Positions 1-10,762 of a stretch of DNA of 64,000 bases are shown in pieces (within the stretch, counting starts at the first letter, position 1; the number at the start of each line of letters is the position of its first letter). A program made the translations under genes and the position numbers. This DNA is from an uncultured delta proteobacterium. Lineage in GTDB: Bacteria; Desulfobacterota; Desulfomonilia; Desulfomonilales; Desulfomonilaceae. The notes below the pieces were generated by a model that was given only the letters and a program-made list of their open reading frames with translations, was not told the origin of the DNA and searched no databases. Location: positions 576,001 through 640,000 of the forward strand of contig CAWBKB010000005.1 in NCBI GenBank assembly GCA_963789265.1, given 5' to 3'.

Positions 1-232
1 TTGTTGTTACGATCATTTTCACGTGGCAGACATTGCAGCCTATGAAAGCTGCCTTCGGAATGCGGGATTTAGTATCGGGCGTGTGCGACTAAACGTTAGG
101 AGTTCCGATATCTCGGACCTGACGTGGTCCGGACGCTCGGCCTACAAAATAGCTTATTTTTTGAACCTCTTGAGTGTTGGCCGGCTCAAGCTTTCTCCGG
201 GAATTTTACTTGTTGCAGTCAAGACAGCCTGA
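1..232 (+). CDS. 3' end of a gene entering the window (possibly a SAM-dependent methyltransferase C-terminus)
   Basis: Frame open from base 2 (CCYDHFHVADIAAYESCLRNAGFSI...) to the stop at 232. The 'L..aGF' pattern is only suggestive. Confidence 0.35.
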   Translation, partial: CCYDHFHVADIAAYESCLRNAGFSIGRVRLNVRSSDISDLTWSGRSAYKIAYFLNLLSVGRLKLSPGILLVAVKTA

Positions 233-253
233 AAAACTAAACCGAAAGGCTAC

Positions 254-1175
254 GTGTTGGACGCCTCTGGCGTGACATCGGAAATGGAGGCCGGCGCGGG
301 ACTGGGTAAATTCTTTCAGGCGATTGGTAATCGAGTGTTGTACACGCAGGATCACCTCTGGTACGAGGTCGGTCCTCGCGTATTCTTTCCTCTGCCTTTC
401 CACAAGCCGTTTCTCATACCTCCTCATGACCTGAAAGCGCTCTGGAAAAATGGTGCCTTACTGCTGAGGTACCCTGTTGACCATCAGTCTAGTGGCTTCC
501 CCAGCTATATATTTCTGCTGACCAACAAGGATTACGGGTTACCGGCTTTGTCCGGGAAGAGCCGCAATCAAACTCGCAGAGGGCTGGAAAAGTGCTCAGT
601 TCGCCGTATTTCCTTCGATCGTGTGATGCGCGAAGGTATGCCTTTAGTCGCTGACACTCTGTCACGTCAAAATCGACATTTTTCTGAATCGGTTTCCAGT
701 CACTGGCAAAAGTTTCTTTTTTCATGCTGGAGCTTGCCCGGCCTTGGAAGCCTGGGGTGCTTTTGTGGGAGAGGCAATAGCGGCTTATTTGTTGTCGGTT
801 ACGGTTGGAGAGTGTGTGCATATTCACATGGTGTTCTCTCGAACGGATATGTTGAAATATTATCCAATCAATGCCCTCACCTTTGTTTTTGCCCAAGATG
901 CTATACACCGTCAAAGCATCACTCACGTTTCTTACGGTATTCGTTCGATCAAGGGCGATAAGGACAGTTTGAATCGATTTAAAGAAGGGATGGGTTTTAC
1001 GAAGGAATTTATCAGGGAACGTATAGAGGTGAACCCGCGGCTGAAGCTCTTTCTTGATTGCGGATTAGCCCGCGTAGCACATTGGGCTTCGGCGAAGTAT
1101 TGTGACCGATCCGAGTTGGCTGAAAACGTACACGGTGCAGTTTCAATCTATCTCAAGCAAAACGGATATGAATGA
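254..1175 (+). CDS. GNAT/FemAB-like acyltransferase of a polysaccharide locus (frameshift near 743)
   Basis: ORFs 254..961 (KSRNQTRRG motif) and 744..1175 (SLNRFKEGMGF motif) join at 'ggccttggaagcc' (…PGLEAWGAF…) if one base is removed. Confidence 0.65.
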
Positions 1176-1411
1176 AATACCAGGCCGCCCGACGCCGATG
1201 CCTTGAAAAGAACACAGACGACTATCCACGATTATTTGGGTATAATCTGGCTGGAAACGGAGGGTGCGGCCAAAACTGGATGCCACTTGGTCGCCGGTAA
1301 ACGATCAAGAGGCAAACGCTGTGATAAACATCCTCGCAACGACTTTTTTTCCCATCAGTCTGTTGGGCAGCTTGCCTTTATAATCTTGGATATTAGCCGA
1401 GTGTCGTGCAG

Positions 1412-2117
1412 TCACAACGAGGGAATCTTCTGCTTCAGGTCCGTTATCGAATCTTGAACGATCTGAAAATCTTCAGCTCGACCCAGATCGTACCAGATAC
1501 CTTGAAACGGGTAACAGCCGATTCTCTCGCGCTTGTCGAGCAGGAGCTGTACCAGATCCGGAAAATCCAAGTAAGCGCCGGCCGTGATGTACCTTGAGAA
1601 CCGATGGTTCCAGCACGTATATGCCGGCACTGACGAGAAGGCTCATATCGGGCTTCTCTTCGTATTCTACAATCTCCAACCCTTTTTTATGGATTACGCC
1701 GTAATCAATATGAAGCTTCCGCTCAAGAGACGCTACTGTGAGCGTGAACCCATTCTCACTGTGAAAACGCACCAAGTCTCTGAAATCGATATCCGTCAAC
1801 AGATCTCCGTTCAGCACGAGAAATGTCCCTGTGATGTCCTGTATCGCGCTAAGCGGTCCGGATGTCCCGAGGGGGGTGTCTTCAACGGCATAGTCGCACT
1901 TGACTCTGAACCTCGTCCCGTCGCCGAGGACTGCCTGGACCAGGGGAGCCAAATGACCCAGTGCCACAGTAATCCAGTCAAACCCCTGGCTGCCAAGTTG
2001 CTGAATGAGAACTTCAACTATCGGCCGGTCCCCGACAGGAACAAGAGGTTTGGGAATAATTGTAGGATAAGGGCGCAAACGAGTTCCCTTACCTCCGGCA
2101 AGTATGATCGCTCTCAT
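1412..2117 (-). CDS. Sugar-phosphate nucleotidyltransferase (frameshift near 1593)
   Basis: MRAIILAGGKGTRLRP signature, LNGDLL, EEKP. The C-terminal WYDLG motif lies in ORF 1412..1630. Confidence 0.9.
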
Positions 2118-2156
2118 AGGCGGACGATTCCTCAAGCTATTAATGAATGGTAATCG

Positions 2157-2342
2157 TTCACCGCGGAGATCGCAGAGATCGCGGAGGGTTCTGTTTTCAG
2201 TGCCATTCTCCCAGGCGAGACGCAAGGCATTCCGGTCTCTGGCACTGAAGGCATTACCGGCCTGACTGAGTACCCCCGCAACTTATGTGGGCTTGAGGAA
2301 GCCATTCTTTCTCTCTGCGTTCTCGGCGCACTCTGCGGTAAA
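2157..2342. repeat. Inverted pair of ~30-bp 'accgcrgagnncgcngagnncgcrgag' repeats (MITE/REP-like)
   Basis: 2157-2187 ttcaccgcggagatcgcagagatcgcggag versus the reverse complement of 2311-2342, tttaccgcagagtgcgccgagaacgcagag. Intergenic. Confidence 0.6.
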
Positions 2343-2373
2343 TCCTTCTTTCTCCGTGAACGGTTGCGCCGAT

Positions 2374-2805
2374 TCATTGTTTGGGCGGAGGCATTACCAG
2401 TGCTTCTCCTGTAGCGATGGTTTCCCCTCGTTGGTTGGTCCACAGAAGCTTCATTTTTACCCAACGTTTTTTATGAAGTTTTTCCATTACTTCTCCGGAT
2501 GCGGTTATGGTGTCGCCGAAGAAGGTAGGCGCCTTGAAACGAGTTGTCACTTCAAGGAGAATGGTTCCAAGACCGGGGAGCTTCATGCCCAGCACTGGAG
2601 CAATCAGGCTCTGGGGAACAGCCCCGTGCGCGATGCGTTTACCGAAAGGAGTCTGTTTTGCAAACTCCTCGTTGAGGTGCATAGGATTAAAGTCGCCACT
2701 GATGCCGGCAAACAGGTAGACATCCGTCTCCGAAATAGTCTTTGTAAAGGAAGCCTTCATCCCCACTTCAAGTTCATCATAACTTAATCCGAGTTGAATT
2801 TGCAT
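2374..2805 (-). CDS. MaoC-family (R)-enoyl-CoA hydratase
   Basis: FAGISGDFNPMH and RIAHG hydratase-2 motifs. Confidence 0.9.
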   Translation of the reverse strand: MQIQLGLSYDELEVGMKASFTKTISETDVYLFAGISGDFNPMHLNEEFAKQTPFGKRIAHGAVPQSLIAPVLGMKLPGLGTILLEVTTRFKAPTFFGDTITASGEVMEKLHKKRWVKMKLLWTNQRGETIATGEALVMPPPKQ

Positions 2806-2881
2806 CTTTCTGTTAGCTCCATTACAGCTAAAGAACTCTTAAGGTAAACTTTAGTTACACTTGTGCTAAGCCAATGAATAT

Positions 2882-3770
2882 TTACCTGTTTACAAGATTA
2901 AGTCTCTTCCTGCACACCTCCACGGTGGCGATTTCCCGGCCCTGATCTTTTACCATCCGAGCCGCTTTTTCCACCAGGGCTCCATTGGAATCTGCCATCA
3001 CCCCTGACGTCAAGTAAAAATTGTCCTCCAAACCTACCCGAATATTCCCACCCAACGCGATAGACGCGGCTATCATACGCCACTGATCTAAGCTCACCGC
3101 AATCACTTCCCAGTCGCTCCCGGGTTTTAGCAGATCGACCATAGCCATGAGATTCGACACAGTGGGCGGTATCCCTCCCAGTACGCCCATTATCAGACTG
3201 TACTGAAACGGAGGCTTGAGCAAGCCCATATCGATGAGGGGAAAGGAATTGCCCACTTGTCCGGTGTCGAAGCACTCCAGTTCAGGCTTGGTGCTTGCGC
3301 TGTTCATGGCTTCTACGATTTGCATGATTTCAGAGAAAGGGTTTGGAAATACGAACTCGAAGACGAATTTCTTTTTTGCGGAATTGTATTTCGCGTAATT
3401 CATGGAGCCCATGTTCAAAGCACCTATAGCCGGTCTTATTCCTTGAATATGGGCTATTTTCTGTTGAGTAGTAACGTTGATGGCACCTGTTGAAAAATTT
3501 ATGATCACAGGACATGCGTCCGTAACAGCGTCGTAAATGTTCTTGTAGTCCTGAACCTCATAGCTGGGGAGACCTTCCCGTGTTCTCGCGTGGATGTGGA
3601 CCACTGCTGCTCCGGCTTCGTATGCTCGCTTTGCTTCGGCCGCGTACCTCTTCGGGTGTATAGGGAATAGCCGGGCACTGATCACGGTTTGCTACAACGC
3701 CGGACAAGGCGCACGTAATCATACATGGCCGTTCGAAGTCCCGGTTTTCTTTTATCCACATTGAAGGCAT
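2882..3770 (-). CDS. DUF849 / 3-keto-5-aminohexanoate cleavage-type beta-keto acid cleavage enzyme (frameshift near 3648)
   Basis: ITCALSG…PAIPYTPEE (ORF 3558..3830) continues into AGAAVVHIHAR, KPELECFD and RVGLEDN (ORF 2882..3685). Confidence 0.9.
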
Positions 3771-3795
3771 ATTTCCAAAACCTCCTCTCCGGTGT

Positions 3796-4569
3796 TTACC
3801 GGCCTTTCCACTGAGGCTGTCTTTTCTCAAAGAAGGCAGTCATGCCCTCCTTCGCGTCTTCCGTGCTTGCCACGTCTCCAAGCCGTTGGCACAGATAATC
3901 CAGCGCATCGTCTAATGTTCTGTCCTGAACAGCATCCAGTGATTGTCGTCCCATCCTTATGGCCAGGGGCGCTTTCGCGGCTATATTCGAGAGAGCTTCG
4001 TTCACCACTCCATCCAGATCGTCTTTCGGAACCGCTCGGGTAATAAGACCCATCTGTTCCGCCTACGCGGCTGAAAGCATCCTGGCTGTGTAGATCATTT
4101 CCAGAGCTTTCTTGCGGGCTGCATTTCTGAAGATCAAAGCGCCGATCATCATAGGAAAGAGTCCCACATTCACTTCAGGGGTCCCAAATCTTGAGCCCTC
4201 GTGCGCATACACCAGATCGCACGAGAGCATGAGGCCCATCCCGCCGGCCAGGCAACGGCCGTTCACACGAGCAACAAAAGGCTTGGGGAAGCGAGCCATT
4301 CTCTTCAAGAGTGAAGCATATTTGCGTGCGCCGGCAATATGATCTTCAGCCCCCATGGTTGAAGCGAGATCCGCGCCGGAGCAAAAAGTTTTTTCTCCAA
4401 CCGCGGTTAGGCAAATGACCTTTATCTCGTCATCCGTCTCAGCCCTATCGAGATAATCGGAAAACAGATCGATGATTTCCAGGCTAAGCGCATTGCCTCT
4501 TTTCTCTCGGTTTATGGTTATCCAAGCGGAAGCGTCTCGGACTTGGTAGAGAAGCTCTGGATCACCCAT
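3796..4569 (-). CDS. Enoyl-CoA hydratase/isomerase (crotonase; methylglutaconyl-CoA hydratase-like), interrupted by in-frame TAG at 4063-4065
   Basis: FCSGADL, GGMGL, FGTPE and EGMTAFFEKR motifs. ORFs 4063..4569 and 3796..4053 share one frame, separated by TAG-GCG-GAA-CAG. Confidence 0.88.
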
Positions 4570-5083
4570 TTTGATCGACCTCCGTATTAGGCTCGATTTC
4601 GACCAATATCTGACCGGGACTGACCTGAGCGCCTACAGTAGTGTTTACAGCCTTGACTACACCACCGTATGGAGCGTTTAAGGTCATCTCCATCTTCATG
4701 GCCGAAACTACGACGCATCCCTGACCTTTCGCCACTTCTGAGCCTGGCTCGACCAGTAATCTGACTACTGTCGCCGGCGTCGGAGGGGTCACTTCGGTTG
4801 GAGCATTATCCAAACCTTGGAGTTTGCGTCGCGGGATGAGATCCGCGTCTTGAACAAACCGGGTTCGCCCGTTCACCCATATCCAAGACCCTTCGGATGT
4901 ACGAGAGATGAAAACATTCGTTGCCTTGCCGGCCACTGCAATGTGAAGCTGGTGGGGTCCAACTTCTCGGACTGTGACGGCTTGTGGTTCACCATCCAGA
5001 GCAAAGAGCATCTCTCCAGGCTCATTTAATGGACTGGCTTCTACAGAGTGAATTTTATCTCCGATCTTCGTTTTGTAATGCAT
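4562..5083 (-). CDS. Biotin carboxyl carrier subunit (BT-like domain + biotinyl domain)
   Basis: SAMKME biotinylation motif in the C-terminal domain. Confidence 0.9.
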   Translation of the reverse strand: MHYKTKIGDKIHSVEASPLNEPGEMLFALDGEPQAVTVREVGPHQLHIAVAGKATNVFISRTSEGSWIWVNGRTRFVQDADLIPRRKLQGLDNAPTEVTPPTPATVVRLLVEPGSEVAKGQGCVVVSAMKMEMTLNAPYGGVVKAVNTTVGAQVSPGQILVEIEPNTEVDQNG

Positions 5084-5153
5084 CGTTCAAACTCTTAATC
5101 AGGCTCCGATTGAAAATGTTCTCATCGACTGACTCAGGGAATTTCCTGTTCCT

Positions 5154-5212
5154 TGTCATTGCGAGGAGCGAAGAGTGGGACAAGCTTCCAGCCTGTCTAT
5201 TACGCAATGACA
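5154..5212. repeat. REP-like palindrome (TGTCATTGCG…CGCAATGACA)
   Basis: 10-bp terminal inverted repeats. Related copies at 12554 and 45659. Confidence 0.75.
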
Positions 5213-5263
5213 ATCTTTTCGCTGGTACAAGTTAATACTTACCGTATTCCGTTTCCGTTTACG

Positions 5264-6764
5264 TCATCTAGCCATATCCCAGGCCCCGAGACGAAGCCAG
5301 GGATTGAAAGGCTGTCGGTTTCGGCTATCTACGGAGTCATTGATCTGTGCGACAGGTTTAACCATCCGGTCGGCCACAAAGCCCAAAGCTGCCAATATGT
5401 CTGTTGTGCTGTCGGGTTTCCAGTCAGCGAAATTCTCGTCGATAAAGCCGGTGTGTGTATCGCCGGCCTTAAAGGCATCTGAAGTCAAGACATCCAGAAG
5501 GAATTCGATGGTAGTTGTGGCGCCCAGAATCACGCATTCCTTGAGGGCCCTTATCATGCAAGCTATGGCCGTCTCCCTGTTCTCACCGAACGCTACCAGC
5601 TTGCCCAGAATCGGGTCATACTGGATGGGAACATTGAATCCACTATAAATTCCTCGATCGTAGCGTACGCCCGGCCCCTCGGGCGCACAAGCGTATAGTA
5701 TGCGGCCGGGAGCAGGCATGAACCCGGATTCAGGGTCTTCAGCATAGATCCGGCACTCGATCGAGTGACCTCGCCGCGTGAGGTCAGACTGTGCAAACGG
5801 CAGAGGAAGCCCCGCGGCTATTTCGATTTGTTTGCGTACGAGATCAAGACCGGTGAGCATCTCAGTAATGGGGTGTTCCACCTGAAGACGGGTGTTCACT
5901 TCCAAGAAATGGAAACGGCCGGATTTGTCCAGAAGAAACTCTACCGTTCCCACGTTAACGTAACCCGCGGCCTGAGCCACCCGAATCGCTGCCGCGCCCA
6001 TCTCGTTCCGTAAATCTGCCGTTACTGCCGTGGATGGAGTCTCTTCGATAATCTTCTGATGCCGTCGTTGGATAGAGCACTCGCGCTCGAACAGGTGCAC
6101 CACATTTCCATAGGTGTCGGCAAGTATTTGAAATTCCACATGTCTGGGACGGTCCAGGAGTTTCTCCAAATAAATGGTCCCATCGCCAAACGCGGACAAT
6201 GCTTCACTTGAGGCTACCTGAGCAGCCTCCGGCAGGGTATCGCAGTTTTCCACGATCCGCATGCCTTTGCCGCCTCCTCCTGCTGCCGCTTTCACAATTA
6301 CCGGATATCCCAATTCATCTGCAACTGCGGCAAGCCGTTCCGGATTCGATTCTCCCTCGATCATACCCGGGATGACGGGCACTCCGCTTTGCGCTGCGAG
6401 ATGACGGGCGGTTGTTTTGTTTCCGAGCTTCTCCATGCAGCCCGCCGGAGGTCCAATAAAGACGAGTCCCGCGTCCGACACGCTCTCCCGCGAATCTCGC
6501 ATTCTCGGCCAAAAAACCGTACCCCGGATGGATGGCCTCAGCCCCGGTCTTAAAGGCTGCTTCAATAATCTTGTCAATATTGAGGTAACTCGAAGCGGGA
6601 TCGGCCTCCCCCAGGCATACGGACTGGTCGGCATTCAGAACATGGAGTGACTCCCGATCCACATCGGAATATACCGCCACGGTTTCGATGCCCATTGCAC
6701 GGGCAGTGCGCATGATCCGGACTGCTATCTCGCCTCGATTAGCTACGAGTATTTTCGAGAACAT
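5264..6764 (-). CDS. Biotin carboxylase subunit of an acyl-CoA carboxylase (frameshift near 6490)
   Basis: [41 protein letters not shown] and [11 protein letters not shown] motifs across ORFs 6315..6764 and 5264..6634. Confidence 0.93.
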
Positions 6765-6773
6765 CCCAAGCCT

Positions 6774-8390
6774 CTACATCCGGAAAGTGCCGTGGCCTTG
6801 ATTCCGCTCGGCTAGCGGCTGATTCAGAGAAACCGAAATGGCCAGACCGAGGACGTCCCGTGTCATTGCCGGGTCCAGAATTCCGTCATCCCACAAGTTG
6901 GCCGTCCTGTAGTAGGCATTTCCCTCATTCAAAGCGGATTGAATGATGGGTTTGCGGATTCCGTCAACTATTTCAGCGGGTAAAGGAGGCTGGCCCTCGC
7001 GGGCAAGCTGATCGTTCTTCACGGACACCAAGACGCCGGCAGCTTGTTCTCCGCCCATAACACCGATTTGAGCATTCGGCCACATCCATAGGAATCTCGG
7101 TGAGTAGCCCCGCCCGCACATTCCATAGTTTCCCGCACCAAAGGAAGCTCCGATTATAACCGTGAATTTAGGGACCGTTGCAGTGGACACTGCGTGAACC
7201 ATCTTATGGCCGTCTTTTGTTATTCCACGGCGCTCGTAATCCTTGCCTATGATGTATCCGCTTATATTCTGAAGAAAAACAAGTGGAATTCCCTGCCGAT
7301 CACAGAGCGAAATGAATTGGGTGGCTTTGAGGGCGCTGTCTGAAAAGAGTACGCCGTTGTTCCCCAGGATTCCGACCTGATACCCGTGAATATATGCCCA
7401 TCCGCAAATCAGGGTCGGACCGTAAAGAGCCTTGAACTCGAGGAATTCCGAACCATCCACAATGCGGGCGATCACCTCGCGCACGTCGTAAGGTTTGGAA
7501 ATGCTCTGCGGGACTATCCCATAAAGCTCATGGGCATCGTACAACGGGTCAACCGGGAGCCTGGTGGGAATGTAAGACTTTTCTGTGTTCGGAAGCAGCG
7601 ACGCTATATCCCGGACAATCAGCAAAGCGTGTTCGTCATCGGCAGCAAAATAATCCGACACCCCTGAGATTTGGCAATGAACCTGGGCTCCTCCAAGTTC
7701 CTCGGCAGTGACTTCCTCGCCTGTGGCTGCCTTTACCAGTGGCGGCCCACCCAAAAAAATCGCACCTGTGCCCGTCACATGAACCACATGATCCGACATC
7801 GCCGGAATGTATGCGCCGCCTGCGGTGCAAAGCCCCATTACAGCGGTTATTTGCGGTATGTTCATTTTGGACATGATTGCCTGGTTGTAAAATATCCGTC
7901 CTCCATCGTCCACATCAGGGAAAATCTCTGACTGGAGCGGCAAATATGCGCCGCCGGAATCAACAAGCATTACCATGGGCAGTCTGTTTTCCATTGATAT
8001 TGTCTGGCTTCGCAGCGTCTTCTTAACTCCCATAGGATACACGGTCCCGCCTTTAATCATGGGATCGTTTGCATGAACCAGGCATTCGCGGCCCTGAATG
8101 AGGCCTATTCCGGCTCGGGTGCCGGCGCCGTGAACCTTGCCGCCATACATGCCTTTGGCAGCAAGAGGCGCTATTTCCAGCCAAGGGGTATTGCGATCGA
8201 GCAGCAGATCCAGCCGTTGCTGAACCGGAAGTTTCCCCAATTCTTGATTGCGTTGTATGGCTTTTGGCGAGCGGTCATCTCTGGCCGTCTTGAGTTCGGC
8301 CTTTAACTCCGACACCGTTTTTTCCATGGAATCGTAATTGGCTCTGTACTCGTCGCTGCTGGTATCGATTCGGCTTTCAATGATTTCCAT
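6774..8390 (-). CDS. Carboxyltransferase subunit, 3-methylcrotonyl-CoA carboxylase beta-like
   Basis: DSGGAYLPLQ, GRIFYNQA, CTAGGAY, GAGNYGMCGR and LWDDG motifs. Confidence 0.92.
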   Translation of the reverse strand: MEIIESRIDTSSDEYRANYDSMEKTVSELKAELKTARDDRSPKAIQRNQELGKLPVQQRLDLLLDRNTPWLEIAPLAAKGMYGGKVHGAGTRAGIGLIQGRECLVHANDPMIKGGTVYPMGVKKTLRSQTISMENRLPMVMLVDSGGAYLPLQSEIFPDVDDGGRIFYNQAIMSKMNIPQITAVMGLCTAGGAYIPAMSDHVVHVTGTGAIFLGGPPLVKAATGEEVTAEELGGAQVHCQISGVSDYFAADDEHALLIVRDIASLLPNTEKSYIPTRLPVDPLYDAHELYGIVPQSISKPYDVREVIARIVDGSEFLEFKALYGPTLICGWAYIHGYQVGILGNNGVLFSDSALKATQFISLCDRQGIPLVFLQNISGYIIGKDYERRGITKDGHKMVHAVSTATVPKFTVIIGASFGAGNYGMCGRGYSPRFLWMWPNAQIGVMGGEQAAGVLVSVKNDQLAREGQPPLPAEIVDGIRKPIIQSALNEGNAYYRTANLWDDGILDPAMTRDVLGLAISVSLNQPLAERNQGHGTFRM

Positions 8391-8393
8391 TGA

Positions 8394-9533
8394 TTACACC
8401 TGATAGCGTTTGAGAAGCTCGTCCGCGATAGACATCCGGGCTATTTCACTAGTTGTGCCTGCCAGGGCCGCATATTTCGCTTCCCTGTATGCCCGTTCCA
8501 CCGGATTCCCGCTCAAGTAGCCATTCCCTGCCAGGATTTGCACCGCCATGGACGCGACCCGCTCAGAGGCTTCAGTGCTGAACACTTTCGCACAGTGAAC
8601 CAGAGTCCCTGCTTCCTGATCCGACACGGAACACATCCATGCTGCGCGATAGCAGAGAAGCTGGGCAGCCTGAGTCAATGTGAGCATTTCGGCAATCTTG
8701 AACCGAATTTCCTGCCAGTGAAAAATCGGCTTCCCCCCGCGATGATGGGAATCCGTGTGCTTTTTTGCCTCCGTCAAGGTTCGCTGCATCAGCCCCACTG
8801 ATGCAATGACCATGAGCATGTCCTGGATTTTCCGTAGAAAATCCAAGCATTTCCGATCCTCAAAAGGTCCCACAACCATATTCTCCGGCACCTGAACCTC
8901 GTTCAATTTCAGGGAGGCAACCGCCAGCCCATTGTATCCGAGTGTTTCAAGCCTGGGGCCGATAGTGACGCCCGATTGGTTGGGCCGAACCAGAACAAAT
9001 GCGGGACTGCCGTCTACGGAGGTAGCAACAGCAATATAGTCGGCTATGGGAGCATTGGTAACGAATACCTTCTCACCTGAGACCGAAAAGAAATTTTCAT
9101 CACGCCACGCGACCGTCGAAAATTCAGTGACTGACTGAGCATGTTCTTTCTCGGAAATTGCAACTGCTGCCACGAGGTCCCCGTCTGTAAGACGCTCAAG
9201 TAAATCCGGGAACCGTCCGGCTCCGAAGCCCTTCAGCAAACCTCCGAAAAGTCGAGCGCTGGTTTCCACAGAGAGAAAAAGCGACCCCGAAATCCTGGCA
9301 ATCTCCTCTTGAGCGGCAACGAGTCTCATCCCATCAGACGCACTCCCAGGCCCCAAACCGAGGCTCAAATAGCTAATTTGGCCAAGTTTTTTGAGGAAGG
9401 AACGAGTTATCTCCCCGAGCTTTTTCATGCCCGCACGTTCCATTTCATTTGCTTCAAGAATCGCTTGGGAATCGAGTACGCTGGAAAGCCCCTTTTTCAG
9501 GTGCTCTTCTTCAACGCTTAGCTCAAAATCCAT
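8394..9533 (-). CDS. Acyl-CoA dehydrogenase family protein (divergent)
   Basis: SGEKVFVTN, QEIRFKIAEM, QILAGNGY and ERAYRE motifs. RBS aggaaagg before ATG 9533. Confidence 0.85.
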   Translation of the reverse strand: MDFELSVEEEHLKKGLSSVLDSQAILEANEMERAGMKKLGEITRSFLKKLGQISYLSLGLGPGSASDGMRLVAAQEEIARISGSLFLSVETSARLFGGLLKGFGAGRFPDLLERLTDGDLVAAVAISEKEHAQSVTEFSTVAWRDENFFSVSGEKVFVTNAPIADYIAVATSVDGSPAFVLVRPNQSGVTIGPRLETLGYNGLAVASLKLNEVQVPENMVVGPFEDRKCLDFLRKIQDMLMVIASVGLMQRTLTEAKKHTDSHHRGGKPIFHWQEIRFKIAEMLTLTQAAQLLCYRAAWMCSVSDQEAGTLVHCAKVFSTEASERVASMAVQILAGNGYLSGNPVERAYREAKYAALAGTTSEIARMSIADELLKRYQV

Positions 9534-9589
9534 GACCTTCCTTTCCTGCTCCGGAAACATCTCCTCGAGAGGCGAACGGATCAGGTCGA

Positions 9590-10732
9590 TCACATCAACC
9601 TGGAAATGATAACCTTCTGAATGTCAGAAGTTCCGCCGCCGATCGGGGCAAGACGGCTGTCTCTGAAAACACGCTCGACGTCATATTCGCGACAATAACC
9701 GTAACCGCCGTGTAGGACCATTGCATCATTGGCAGGTCCCAGAGACCAATCTCCAAGAAAGAGCTTGGCAATCGCCGCTTCCAAGTGATTCAAAGGCCGA
9801 CCTTGATCCTTACACCACGCAATGCGATAGACCAGCGATCTGGCCGCCTCCAGGAATATCTTCATGTCCGCGATCTTGTGTCTGACGGCCTGGAAATACG
9901 ATATTGGTCGCCCGAATTGATATCTTTCCTGTGCGTATCGGCAACAACGTTGAATGAGAAAAGAAAACGCGCCCAAAAAAGGCGCTAATAAAGTGCTTCT
10001 ATCCCATTCCACAGTTTGCATGGACATCATGAAACCATTGCCTTCGGAACCGAGCAAGTTTTCCAGTGGAATAACACAGTCCTGAAACGCAAGCTCTGAC
10101 GTGGGTGAAGTCCGGACGCCCATTTTTTGGAGATTTCGACTCACCGAAAAACCAGGAGTGCCTTTCTCCACGATAAATGCCGAAATTCCCGCATGCACCG
10201 CGGATGGATCGGTCTTGGCGTAAATTACCGCGACATCGGCTATTGCTCCGTTTGTAATGAACATCTTGCTGCCATTTAGCACCCAGGAGTCGCCCATTTT
10301 CTCAGCCCTGGTCCTGAGCGATGCCACATCCGAACCCGCGCCCGGTTCGGTAAGCCCCATGCAGCCTATCCATTCGCCCCTGGCAAGCTTAGGAATATAT
10401 TTCCTTTTCTGAGCTTCGTTTCCATGAGTAAAGATCGTGTCCGCGCAAAGATAGGTGTGAGCGCCGTAACTCAGAGTCAGGCCGCCATCGACCCCGGCCT
10501 CTCCAAGAGCTTCCGCAGCAAGCACCGACGTGAGGACGTCTGCTCCACCACCCCCAAACTCCTCAGGAAAATGGAGTCCCAGAATCCCGAATTCACCCAG
10601 CTTTTGCCAGGATTGAAAATCGAATTCACCTTTGAAGTCGTGTTCTTGAACCCGCGGTACTGTCTCGCGGCGAGCAAATTTTAAGACCTGGTCTCTAAAC
10701 ATTAGCTGTTCATCGCTCAAAGCGAAGTCCAT
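9590..10732 (-). CDS. Acyl-CoA dehydrogenase (isovaleryl-CoA dehydrogenase-like)
   Basis: LTEPGAGSD, NGSKMFITNG, HGGYGY and IGGGTSDIQ motifs. Confidence 0.93.
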   Translation of the reverse strand: MDFALSDEQLMFRDQVLKFARRETVPRVQEHDFKGEFDFQSWQKLGEFGILGLHFPEEFGGGGADVLTSVLAAEALGEAGVDGGLTLSYGAHTYLCADTIFTHGNEAQKRKYIPKLARGEWIGCMGLTEPGAGSDVASLRTRAEKMGDSWVLNGSKMFITNGAIADVAVIYAKTDPSAVHAGISAFIVEKGTPGFSVSRNLQKMGVRTSPTSELAFQDCVIPLENLLGSEGNGFMMSMQTVEWDRSTLLAPFLGAFSFLIQRCCRYAQERYQFGRPISYFQAVRHKIADMKIFLEAARSLVYRIAWCKDQGRPLNHLEAAIAKLFLGDWSLGPANDAMVLHGGYGYCREYDVERVFRDSRLAPIGGGTSDIQKVIISRLM

Positions 10733-10762
10733 CAAATATCCTCCTGTGCAACTCCCGAAAAT

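Noticed and set aside
3752..3760. Perfect DnaA box TTATCCACA
   Set aside because: Isolated, inside a coding region and far from dnaA. One such match is plausible by chance.
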